Assembly: GCA_018817385.1 (NCBI GenBank)
Contig: JAHIUA010000085.1
Coordinates: 21,636-85,635 of the forward strand
DNA length: 64,000 nucleotides
Direction: 5' to 3'
Source of the DNA: Pseudomonadota bacterium
GTDB lineage: Bacteria > Desulfobacterota > Desulfobulbia > Desulfobulbales > Desulfocapsaceae
The position numbers were made by a program, and so were the translations under genes. The notes under the pieces are model-generated. The model was not told the origin of the DNA and searched no databases. It saw only the letters and a list, made by a program, of their open reading frames with translations. The first letter of the stretch is position 1. The number at the start of each line of letters is the position of its first letter. Below, piece by piece: positions 48,895 through 57,242 of this stretch.

Positions 48895-49911
48895 TTACAT
48901 CATGTTACCAAAACTTCCCGTTCCCTTTCTGATCCGTTCAAGCTGATCTGCCAGATCACCTATCTCAGCCTGCCAATATTCCGCCGACCCAAAGCCGGGA
49001 ACAATGGGGGCAGTACCGTCAGCCAGATACTGATAGGTCAGCCAGGCAATATAATGCAGGAAACGCATGGCACGCAGGGGCTCAATAAGGCGAAAGCTGC
49101 GGCGATCGAAATGATGGAAGGTCTCATAGCCCTCGAGAAAGAGGTCAATTTCGAGGAGCGATTCCTCAGGAACTCCGGGAAGGAGCATCCACAGGTCCTG
49201 GACCGGCAGTCCCATGCACATGTCGTCAAAATCAATGAGAAAAAAGGACTCTCCAGGGCGATGGATGATATTGGAAAAATGACAGTCCCCGTGAATTCTA
49301 CTCAGGGTCATCCCCTTGAACAGGGGAGTAATTTCAGCAATGAGTTCCTCGCACAGGGAGGAAAATCGGGCAGCCGTCTCCGCTTGGCCAATGACTCCGC
49401 CCTCCAGAATAAAACGTACCTGCTCACGGGTGGAATGGTTCGGCACCATCTGCAGCCTCTCTTTTGCAGGATGAATAGCCCCCACTGCATGGCAGCGACC
49501 AAGCAGACGTCCTATCTCCAGCCACTGATCTTCGTTGAATTCATCATAACTACGGCCCCCGCAACGGGGAAAAACAGTGAAGCAGAGGCCCTCATGCTCA
49601 CCAAGGGTTCTCCCATTGGCCAGGGTTAAGGGCGGGATTACCGGAATCTCGCGCTGGTGCAGCTCGAGGAGGAAATCGTGTTCATCCTCTAATGCAGTTT
49701 TTGACCAACGGCCCGGCCTGTAAAATTTCACCACCAGCCCTCTTCCGTCCACGGCCTTCAGCTCAAAAACCCGGTTGATATAGCTGTTAAATTGCCTGCA
49801 GAGATTCGTACATGGGATCCCAAGACCCGCTTCCACAATATTGAGCACGGTGTCTGGCCCAAGTTCCGGAAAAGCTCCGGGATGTTGTCTCTTTTTCTTC
49901 TTGTCAATCAT
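48895..49911 (-). CDS. srkA: stress-response serine/threonine kinase SrkA/YihE (aminoglycoside phosphotransferase fold)
   Basis: NRVFEL, KFYRPGRW, IHGDCHFSNI, LIDFDD motifs. Confidence 0.85.
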   Translation of the reverse strand: MIDKKKKRQHPGAFPELGPDTVLNIVEAGLGIPCTNLCRQFNSYINRVFELKAVDGRGLVVKFYRPGRWSKTALEDEHDFLLELHQREIPVIPPLTLANGRTLGEHEGLCFTVFPRCGGRSYDEFNEDQWLEIGRLLGRCHAVGAIHPAKERLQMVPNHSTREQVRFILEGGVIGQAETAARFSSLCEELIAEITPLFKGMTLSRIHGDCHFSNIIHRPGESFFLIDFDDMCMGLPVQDLWMLLPGVPEESLLEIDLFLEGYETFHHFDRRSFRLIEPLRAMRFLHYIAWLTYQYLADGTAPIVPGFGSAEYWQAEIGDLADQLERIRKGTGSFGNMM

Positions 49912-50600
49912 GGCTTATAGCCTCTGTCCTCGGGCAACTCGTCTTTTCTGGCATTTTCCACCGCCAGTTGATCGCAACGTTCGTTGAGAGGGTGACCTGC
50001 ATGTCCCCTAACCCAGTGGAAACTGACATTCAACCCCTCAATAAGATCCAGCAACCGAGACCAGAGATCCGCATTGAGGGCCGGTTTGCCGTCGGACTTC
50101 AGCCAGCCGCGCCTGCGCCACCCCCTGGCCCAGCCTTTACTGATACCGTTGACCACGTAGCTGGAATCAGAGAAGAGTGCGATCGCCTTATCATGAGTCG
50201 ACAGGGCAGCAATGGCCTTGATACAGGCCATGAGCTCCATCCGATTATTTGTCGTCAGCCGATACCCACCTGAGAGTTCCCGCTCCTCTCCCTCTTCAAG
50301 AATAATCGCCCCATAACCGCCCGGGCCTGGATTATTGATGGCCCCGCCGTCGGTATAGATTTCCACCCGGTCAACAGGAATTGCAGGCTGCTTATGCTCC
50401 ACTCCTGCCTTTCCAACTGTTGTCTTTTCTTTCTTCTGCCCCTCTGGATTTTCCATCCAGACCTCGGCCTCTGAACGCTTGGCAAAGCCCTTGTACCTGG
50501 CGCCGCCATATCCCTTAACCTGGGCTTCAGCATCCGGCCAGGAGGTATAGACCCCCGTCCTTCGCCCCCTGGCCACTGCATAAAATTTTTTCCCAGCCAT
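49908..50600 (-). CDS. rnhA: ribonuclease HI with N-terminal hybrid-binding (RNase H1 N-terminal) domain
   Basis: KFYAVARGRRTGVYTSWPDAEAQVKGYGGARYKGF plus RNase H motifs (IYTDGG, TNNRMEL, SDS, GHAG..NE.D). ATGA overlap with srkA. Confidence 0.9.
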   Translation of the reverse strand: MAGKKFYAVARGRRTGVYTSWPDAEAQVKGYGGARYKGFAKRSEAEVWMENPEGQKKEKTTVGKAGVEHKQPAIPVDRVEIYTDGGAINNPGPGGYGAIILEEGEERELSGGYRLTTNNRMELMACIKAIAALSTHDKAIALFSDSSYVVNGISKGWARGWRRRGWLKSDGKPALNADLWSRLLDLIEGLNVSFHWVRGHAGHPLNERCDQLAVENARKDELPEDRGYKP

Positions 50601-50623
50601 TCCCCCACCACTGACGTAAAAAC

Positions 50624-50662
50624 AAAAAAACCGCCAAGGAGCTATGCCCCAGGCGGTTTTTT
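50624..50662. terminator. bidirectional rho-independent terminator
   Basis: AAAAAAACCGCC...GGCGGTTTTTT, with A- and T-runs on either side. Confidence 0.7.
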
Positions 50663-50684
50663 GTCATTTTGTTCAATTACTATT

Positions 50685-50804
50685 TCAGTTGATCATACCA
50701 ATCACAAATAATCCAACAATGACGAAGACAAAGAAAATTCCAACCTTGATACAGATTGAGTGATCTTCTTCCGGTTTCTCATGTCCATGCCCATGTCCGC
50801 TCAT
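50685..50804 (-). CDS. 39-aa His-rich single-TM peptide
   Basis: Not in the track. AAGGAGG SD lies 6 nt before the ATG. MSGHGHGHEKPEEDHSICIKVGIFFVFVIVGLFVIGMIN, followed by the terminator at 50624-50662. Confidence 0.5.
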   Translation of the reverse strand: MSGHGHGHEKPEEDHSICIKVGIFFVFVIVGLFVIGMIN

Positions 50805-51049
50805 CGAAGTCCTCCTTCCTTTATTCTGATTCTATCAAACATCCCATTACTACCTATATGAACAATTTTAAAAGGATTTGTCGATCTCTTTTTTCAGGCC
50901 GACAAAATTAGCCACAAATAATTCCCCTGCCTGACCAAAACACCCACTCCTCCGCAAAATCAGCGAGTAACAGGCCTTGACCTCTGCCCAGGAATCATGG
51001 CACAGTGAGCCATGGCCCCTCAACTGACTCATTACCCAAGGGAATAAAA

Positions 51050-52672
51050 ATGAAAGCGACCCGAATCATTCTTTTTTCAGTACTCTGTATTCTTGGCCTC
51101 GGCTGGTCGAGTCCATCTGCAGCTCCCTCCATGACCGCAGGTGCTTCGCAGCTGACCTTCCTCGGCACAGCCGATCTCCAGGGGCAACTGGAACCAAGCC
51201 TTCGATCCATCGCCCTTGACGCGGGAGGGGAAAAAATTGCAGTTGTTGGCGGCATAGCCCGGATTGCGACCCTGATTAAGGAAATCAGAAAAGAGAGTCA
51301 GGGGCCTGTCATCATCCTCTCCGCAGGGGATGACCTGATGGGACGCTATTTCCACACCTTTAACGGTCACGCCATCTTTACCCTTCTTGGCAGAGCAGGC
51401 TATGAAATTCTGGCCCTGGGCAATCACGAGTTTGATCGGGGTCCAGGCCTCCTTGCTGAAGCCTTGGAAGAGACCACTTTTGTTCCCCTCTGTTCGGACC
51501 TGGCAATCAAAGATACGGTGCTGGAAGGTTCCTGCCAGCCTCTGCTGATCAGGCAATACCAGTCAGTCAGCATTGGCTTTTTTTCCCTGATGACCCCCAA
51601 TTTCCCCTTTATAACCACCACTGGCAAGGTCTCTTTGAGCGGTTCACCCGCTGCCGTCGCCCAACAGATGGTCTCGGAGCTGCGGGCCCAGGGGACCGAC
51701 CTGGTGGTGGCCATAACCCATATTGGAGCCGACCTTGACCGTCAGCTCGCGGCCGAGGTTGAAGGGATTGATATTATCTTTGGCGGCCACTCCCATGCCT
51801 ACCTTCCCAAGCTGGAAACGGTGAACAAGAGCCTGATCGTCAATGGTGGAGAAAAGGGGGCTGCCCTTGTCCGCCTCGATGTGAAACTCAGCAGTGACAG
51901 GAAGATCATTCCGGAATCCGCAGCATACACCCTCATTCCAGTGACGGAATCGATTTCGCAAGACCAGGAAACAGCTCAACACCTGCAACACTTCAGCGAC
52001 CAACTCCCTGCAGCCATTGTCCTGGGCAAGACCGAAAGCACCTGGCTGCTCGACAAGAACGCTGTCAGGTCAGGAGAATCCACAGTGGCCGACATGATAA
52101 ATGATTTGATCTTAGATAAATTTCAAGTGGATTTCGTGCTCAATAACGCCGGGGCCTTCCGCGGCAACAAGGAATACCCGCCCGGGCCGATCACAGACAC
52201 CATGCTCCACGAAATCGATGAGTTTGAAAATGACGTCTACCTCCTGAAAATAAAAGGGAAATATCTGTACCCTATCCTGGAGCACTCTGCGGCCCTCGTT
52301 GACCAGGGCGGTTTTCTCCAGGTGGCCGGCCTGCGCCTGTCAATCAACCCAGGCAAGAGGGCGCAGGAGATTTCCCAAAGAGGAGAGGACTGGCAGGTGG
52401 TCAAACCGGGAGAGCGAATAATTGAGGCCCAAATCCGCAACAGAGATGGATCCTACGGACCCATCGAAGCAGAAAAAGAATATGCCCTGGCCACCAACGC
52501 CTATCTGGCGCAAAACGAAGGTGACCAGTACTACTGGTTTAAAAAGTATGGTCGCGACCAGGTAAACACCTATACCACCCTTTACTCACTGCTGGCTGAA
52601 AAACTCAACACGAGCCAAGTGCTCAATCCACCTCCCCCGGACGGACGGATCCGCCTGCTCACGGCCGACTGA
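51050..52672 (+). CDS. periplasmic bifunctional metallophosphatase/5'-nucleotidase (UshA-like)
   Basis: Signal peptide, GTADLQG, GDDLMG, GNHEFD, GGHSH, C-terminal nucleotidase domain. Confidence 0.85.
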   Translation: MKATRIILFSVLCILGLGWSSPSAAPSMTAGASQLTFLGTADLQGQLEPSLRSIALDAGGEKIAVVGGIARIATLIKEIRKESQGPVIILSAGDDLMGRYFHTFNGHAIFTLLGRAGYEILALGNHEFDRGPGLLAEALEETTFVPLCSDLAIKDTVLEGSCQPLLIRQYQSVSIGFFSLMTPNFPFITTTGKVSLSGSPAAVAQQMVSELRAQGTDLVVAITHIGADLDRQLAAEVEGIDIIFGGHSHAYLPKLETVNKSLIVNGGEKGAALVRLDVKLSSDRKIIPESAAYTLIPVTESISQDQETAQHLQHFSDQLPAAIVLGKTESTWLLDKNAVRSGESTVADMINDLILDKFQVDFVLNNAGAFRGNKEYPPGPITDTMLHEIDEFENDVYLLKIKGKYLYPILEHSAALVDQGGFLQVAGLRLSINPGKRAQEISQRGEDWQVVKPGERIIEAQIRNRDGSYGPIEAEKEYALATNAYLAQNEGDQYYWFKKYGRDQVNTYTTLYSLLAEKLNTSQVLNPPPPDGRIRLLTAD

Positions 52673-52853
52673 GCCAGCCCTTGCCACCCCACCACTGAAG
52701 AACCATTACTGTGGCCTGATTTCGATTCCCACCACCGATGGTTTGCAAGGATAGGTCGATCTCCTCTGACTCGCACCATTGTCAGGCGATGGGATGGCAG
52801 GCGGTGATGCAGCTGAAGGCCGAAGAGGTACAGGCTGACTTCAAAAAACATTG

Positions 52854-55800
52854 TCAAGGCAGGGAAAGAAAACGGAACTCCGATCTCACCGTTTTCACTC
52901 TGTTTTCCCAGAGCGGACACTGTTTGCGAATACACTCCCGGTTTTTGGGATACTGGCCACAGCGGAGTATCCCCTGTGCCTCCATGGTCACAGGCAGGAT
53001 CTGGGCTGAAAGTCTGGCTGTTTCAGTGAGGGCAATCCATGTCTCACGCTGGCAGCAGCGGCCGCCACGGTAGTGGGCAATGGCTGCCAGGACCTTTGCG
53101 CTGAAAGCCTGGGCAGTCTGTCGGGATAGGGGAGTCAGGGGGGTGGCCGCCAGGATGGTGGCCACCGCTATCCCGGCACCAACGGCTGCCCCGCAGGCCC
53201 CCCAGAAGCCACAGACCCCGCCGGGGATATCGGCCCCTCGACTGATCCCACTCAAAATACTCTCGGTCTTGAGTGCTCCCCCGCAGTTCCGATAACAGGC
53301 CAGGATGATACCCGGAATCATGGCATGGTGCTCCGGGCCATGCATGGGGATGGCCGGATGACTGCGAATCAGCTCGAGCAAGGTGAGAAGATCTTTCTCC
53401 ATCGTAGTAGTGCAAATCGCTTTAATCACCTCGATTCCGTTTTCCTGGTGACAGCTGTCACAGACAAAATGGTCCTGGCCACAGCAACCGTTGGCTGACT
53501 GGACACGTCCGCAGTAGCTGCAGCACATATCCCGAAAATCGGTGAAGTATTGCAGTTCGCCGCCACAGACCATACAGCCTTCACCTTTTCGTTCTTTCTC
53601 CGGCAGCTCTTCTCCACTGTCACAACACCCTCCCTTTTCAGGTGCACAGCAACTCTGGACTGCACCGATCTCTGCCTGCGGAGCACAACAGGAATTCTCC
53701 ATCACCAAGTTGGTCACTGCCCCTTTGCCATCAAGGACAAAGACAGAGTCATCGAGCAAAGCCACCTCTGCTGCCGGAAGAGACGTACGTCTCCCCTTGA
53801 CCAGAAGGATGCCGGATGCCGTATGCACTGCCCCAAAGGGGCCTCTGTAGACCACGTCCACCTTCCCCTTTGCCTTAGCGGAAAAGGGCGGCCGTTCCGC
53901 CTGATAGGTGAGTGAAAAAAAATCCATACCCTCGACCTGGCGATAGGGAAACCGTTTGAGTAAGCGGATGGAAGTAAACCCTGCCGCCTCCATCATGGCC
54001 ACCAGTTCCTCCTGCTGCATGGCCCCACCCAGACATTCGCCCCGATAGCGGATGTTGTTCCTGATTCCTGGGGGAATAGCCGTGTCAGTGACAATATCTG
54101 AGACCACAACCCTGCCTCCCGGCCTGAGGATACGAAAAATTTCCTGGTAGGTCATCCGCTTGTCAGGACTGAGATTGATTACGCAGTTGGAGATGACCAC
54201 ATCCGCCACCCCATCGTCCAGAGGGATCTGCTCAAGAAATCCTTTACGGAATTCTACATTGGCATAGCCCAGCCGCCCTGCCACCTCTGCTCGGGCCTCG
54301 TTGGCCAGGTGCAGCATTTCATCTGTCATATCAATCCCGTACACCTTACCACCCTGGCCAACCGCAGAAGAGGCCATGAAACACTCGACCCCGGAACCAG
54401 AACCGAGGTCAACCAGGGTCTCTCCCTCTTGCGGGCCACCATCGGTCACCGGGCTGCCGCAGCCGTAGGAACGCTTCCGGGTTTCACCGGGAATAAAATC
54501 CGCCTCTGCCTGGGCAGGAGCAAGGGGATTGATGATATCCTCATTGGCAGCCACTGCTGCCTGGCCATAAAATTCTCGAACCGAATTGTGTCCAAGTCCA
54601 GAAGCCAGAGATATAAGACAGTTGCAGTGGGTCAAGTCCACTGCAGAACTGCTTTCTGCATCAGGACAATCATGGCGGACATCTCCCATGCGCAGGCGGA
54701 TGGCACTCTTTTCCTGACGCCGGTAGCGATTGGCCTGATCGATAATGAGCTGGAGGGCAAGTCGATTATAGAGCTCCACATAGGGGTCATGCCCCACCCA
54801 CTGTCCACTGTGCATGAAACTGTGGTCAATATCGCCACCGCCCACCAGAAACTTGAGTGGATTGAGTTGATAGGCAGGCGAATCAATCAGAGAACTGCGG
54901 CGCAGTTCTTCCAGGACCGGACTCGTCTGCCAGACCTCTGCCAATCCCTGCTCCAGACTGCCGCAGGCACATTCCTCCAGACCAACCAGGGCCGGCGAAG
55001 GATAGATTGTATTATCCGGTCCCACAGCCAGAGATTCCCAACCGGTGTTAGAGAGGTCATAACGGGTGCCCGGGGTAGAAAAGACCTGGCTGCGCAAGGT
55101 CTCGACATTATCGATGCTCAGGCCCAGTTCCTCTGCCCGCCGCCAGGCGGCAAGAAACTGAGGAAAGATGGTATCGCAGTCAATAAACTGCTCCCGGCTC
55201 CCCTTTCCCCGAATAAAGTGATAGAGGAGATGGATACTTGCGGCCCCCACTCCTGCGGCCACCTCCACCAGCTGCGGCAGGTCCTCTATATTTTCCCGAC
55301 TGAGCGCCACCGAAAGGGTGAACGGAATCCCAGCCCCCTGCAGGGCGCGAAGGTTTCCCATGAGTTTCCGGTGGGTTCCTTTCCCCCGCAACCTGTCATG
55401 GGCAGCCTCCATCCCGTCAAGACTCACCTGGAGATGGAGACGGTCTATGCCCTTGAGTTCATCAAGATACCTCTCCAGCAACATACCATTGGTCAGAATG
55501 GCAACATGGACATCCGGGTTGCTCTGCAGCAGCCCGTGCAGGAAAGGAAGAAAATCAGGATAGAGAAAGGGCTCGCCTCCGGTGAAAGAAAAGAGACGAC
55601 ACCCCAGAACCAGGGCCTGATCCACCGTCTCCTGAAGACGTTCAGGTGCGAGACTGCGTGTTTTGGCAGGGGAGGCGGCAAAGAGACAGTGATGACAGCT
55701 CAGATTGCAGGCGTCGGTGAGATGAAACCAGCACTCTTTGAGACGATCCAGGTGCAGCGCCGAGGCCCGTCCCCGATAGGGGCGCATGGGCTCTACCTCC

Positions 55801-56006
55801 AGAGCCGCAACAAGCCGATCCTGGGCATAAAAAGTGTCAGAACCCTGGCAGCCGCTCCTCAGCAAACGGTCACTTGCGGCAGAGACAACGATCCAGTCCG
55901 GAATATCCGCTTGGACGTAGAGCGCCTGTCCTTCCCATTCAAGACGCTGCCAGCCCAGGGTCTCGGCAAGGGTTTTTTCAACTCTATTTTTTTCCATTTC
56001 CATCAA
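52854..56006 (-). CDS. multidomain fusion: radical SAM + degenerate SPASM-like + ArsM-type SAM methyltransferase + vicinal-Cys linker + Cys-rich C-terminal domain (1,050 aa)
   Basis: aa 100-107 CNLSCHHC, FTGGEPF, LTNG, SLDG (rSAM). aa 513-660 SYGCGSP, LVDLGSGSG, GIDMT, ISNCVINLSPDK, GECLGGA (ArsM). aa 773-795 three CC pairs. aa 811-852 CMVCGG/CCSYCG/CDSCH. aa 855-1030 helical Cys-rich domain (HGPEHH, GFWGACGA), DUF5714-like from memory. Confidence 0.85.
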   Translation of the reverse strand: MMEMEKNRVEKTLAETLGWQRLEWEGQALYVQADIPDWIVVSAASDRLLRSGCQGSDTFYAQDRLVAALEVEPMRPYRGRASALHLDRLKECWFHLTDACNLSCHHCLFAASPAKTRSLAPERLQETVDQALVLGCRLFSFTGGEPFLYPDFLPFLHGLLQSNPDVHVAILTNGMLLERYLDELKGIDRLHLQVSLDGMEAAHDRLRGKGTHRKLMGNLRALQGAGIPFTLSVALSRENIEDLPQLVEVAAGVGAASIHLLYHFIRGKGSREQFIDCDTIFPQFLAAWRRAEELGLSIDNVETLRSQVFSTPGTRYDLSNTGWESLAVGPDNTIYPSPALVGLEECACGSLEQGLAEVWQTSPVLEELRRSSLIDSPAYQLNPLKFLVGGGDIDHSFMHSGQWVGHDPYVELYNRLALQLIIDQANRYRRQEKSAIRLRMGDVRHDCPDAESSSAVDLTHCNCLISLASGLGHNSVREFYGQAAVAANEDIINPLAPAQAEADFIPGETRKRSYGCGSPVTDGGPQEGETLVDLGSGSGVECFMASSAVGQGGKVYGIDMTDEMLHLANEARAEVAGRLGYANVEFRKGFLEQIPLDDGVADVVISNCVINLSPDKRMTYQEIFRILRPGGRVVVSDIVTDTAIPPGIRNNIRYRGECLGGAMQQEELVAMMEAAGFTSIRLLKRFPYRQVEGMDFFSLTYQAERPPFSAKAKGKVDVVYRGPFGAVHTASGILLVKGRRTSLPAAEVALLDDSVFVLDGKGAVTNLVMENSCCAPQAEIGAVQSCCAPEKGGCCDSGEELPEKERKGEGCMVCGGELQYFTDFRDMCCSYCGRVQSANGCCGQDHFVCDSCHQENGIEVIKAICTTTMEKDLLTLLELIRSHPAIPMHGPEHHAMIPGIILACYRNCGGALKTESILSGISRGADIPGGVCGFWGACGAAVGAGIAVATILAATPLTPLSRQTAQAFSAKVLAAIAHYRGGRCCQRETWIALTETARLSAQILPVTMEAQGILRCGQYPKNRECIRKQCPLWENRVKTVRSEFRFLSLP

Positions 56007-56138
56007 TTAACAACTCCTTTCCTAGGACTTCGCCCCTGCCCTACTCTCCCCACTCCCTGCTTGAACAAGGGACCAGGGTCACAGACTTACCCTGTCTGCC
56101 TGGGCACAGTGAGGGTTTTATGAAGCTTCAGCGCACAC

Positions 56139-56762
56139 TCACACCACCTTATCAGCAGGTGGTGGAGGCGGAGGCGGAGGCATGGTAGACTGCCCGATGA
56201 CAGCCTGTTTTCCCTGTAAGCGTTCTTCATAGACAGACAGGACCACAAAAGTAGCCAAAGGTTGGGTGAAAAGTGCGGCTACGGCAATGGATCCGCCCAC
56301 GGAGAGAATGACCAGGTAGAGAACCATGAGGATCATCTGATCGGCCAGGGGATCTCTCGTCGCCATTTGCCAGGACCCTTTCACGGCCTCAATCAAACCC
56401 ATCTTCTGATCCGTCATCAAGGGCACAACATAGATGGTGGCAAAGACGAGGAAACCGACGACAAGAAAACCCGGGAGAATAAGGAGGACGAACCCTAAGC
56501 TCACGGCCAGCATGGACAGAAGGCCAAAGACAAAGAGAGGGAGGAAGAGCTGCATCTCGGAAAAGAGATCACCGAGCTTTGGCTCACGCCCCTCACGCAG
56601 GGCCAGAAGCAGGGACTGCATATAGCCGGCGGTCGTGACAGGGAGCAGAATACCGAAACTGAAAACCGATACCACTATTTGAACCAGGGTCAACAGAATA
56701 AGCGGAACGATAAACTGGAGAGTATGTTCCCAGGCAGTCTGCAGATGCATCTTAAAATCCAT
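56139..56762 (-). CDS. polytopic membrane protein with C-terminal poly-proline tail
   Basis: About 5 TM helices. Ends in MPPPPPPPPADKVV. Co-directional with the rSAM-ArsM fusion and 132 nt upstream of it. Start taken at MDFKMHL (GAGGGG SD). Confidence 0.65.
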   Translation of the reverse strand: MDFKMHLQTAWEHTLQFIVPLILLTLVQIVVSVFSFGILLPVTTAGYMQSLLLALREGREPKLGDLFSEMQLFLPLFVFGLLSMLAVSLGFVLLILPGFLVVGFLVFATIYVVPLMTDQKMGLIEAVKGSWQMATRDPLADQMILMVLYLVILSVGGSIAVAALFTQPLATFVVLSVYEERLQGKQAVIGQSTMPPPPPPPPADKVV

Positions 56763-56835
56763 AATCCCCTCTCTGACAAAATTTATTCGTAATGATTCAG
56801 GTAAGGCCCACCAATTGGGAAACAACTGCTCTATA

Positions 56836-56936
56836 ATTGTTCAGCAGTGTTTTGTCTTCGTTGGCTTAGGACTTCCTAACATACTCGTGCTATTCGAGAA
56901 GACCTCAATGAACAAAGACCAATTGCTGCTCACAAG
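56836..56936 (-). repeat. dispersed intergenic repeat, copy D (most diverged)
   Basis: Contains TTCGAGAAGACCTCAATGAAC, identical to copy C, and is flanked by CAGCAGTG...TGCTGCT ends. Confidence 0.7.
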
Positions 56937-57242
56937 TTACCGTTATACTTCTTTTTTGCCCAGCATAAGGAACCTGTCCTCTTCTCCTCCCTTTCTCAGC
57001 CGCTCTCCTGAAGCCCTGAAAAGAGCACCAAAAAGGCAGGAGAAAAAAAAGCCATTGGATGGCGAACAGAAAGTGTCAGGTCGGAGAAGGAGCCCGAACA
57101 GATTATTGCAAAATCCCTGTGGAGAGGAAGAAGACCCTTAATAGATGGCAATAACTTACTATTTTATTTTATTACTGTAGTTTTTATCTCAGAAAAAGCA
57201 AACCAATTCCTCACAAAGACACTCCGGAGCTTCGACATGCCG

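Noticed and set aside
54309-56123. 604-aa plus-strand ORF, the second-longest ORF in this part of the window
   Set aside because: It lies entirely antisense to the rSAM-ArsM fusion gene. Its sequence is low-complexity (Arg/Gly/Pro/Leu-rich) with no motifs, while the minus strand carries clear catalytic motifs. It is an antisense shadow ORF. The same reasoning applies to 5971..7068(-), 25965..26864(+), 57447..58394(+), 34701..35417(-) and 37738..38415(-).
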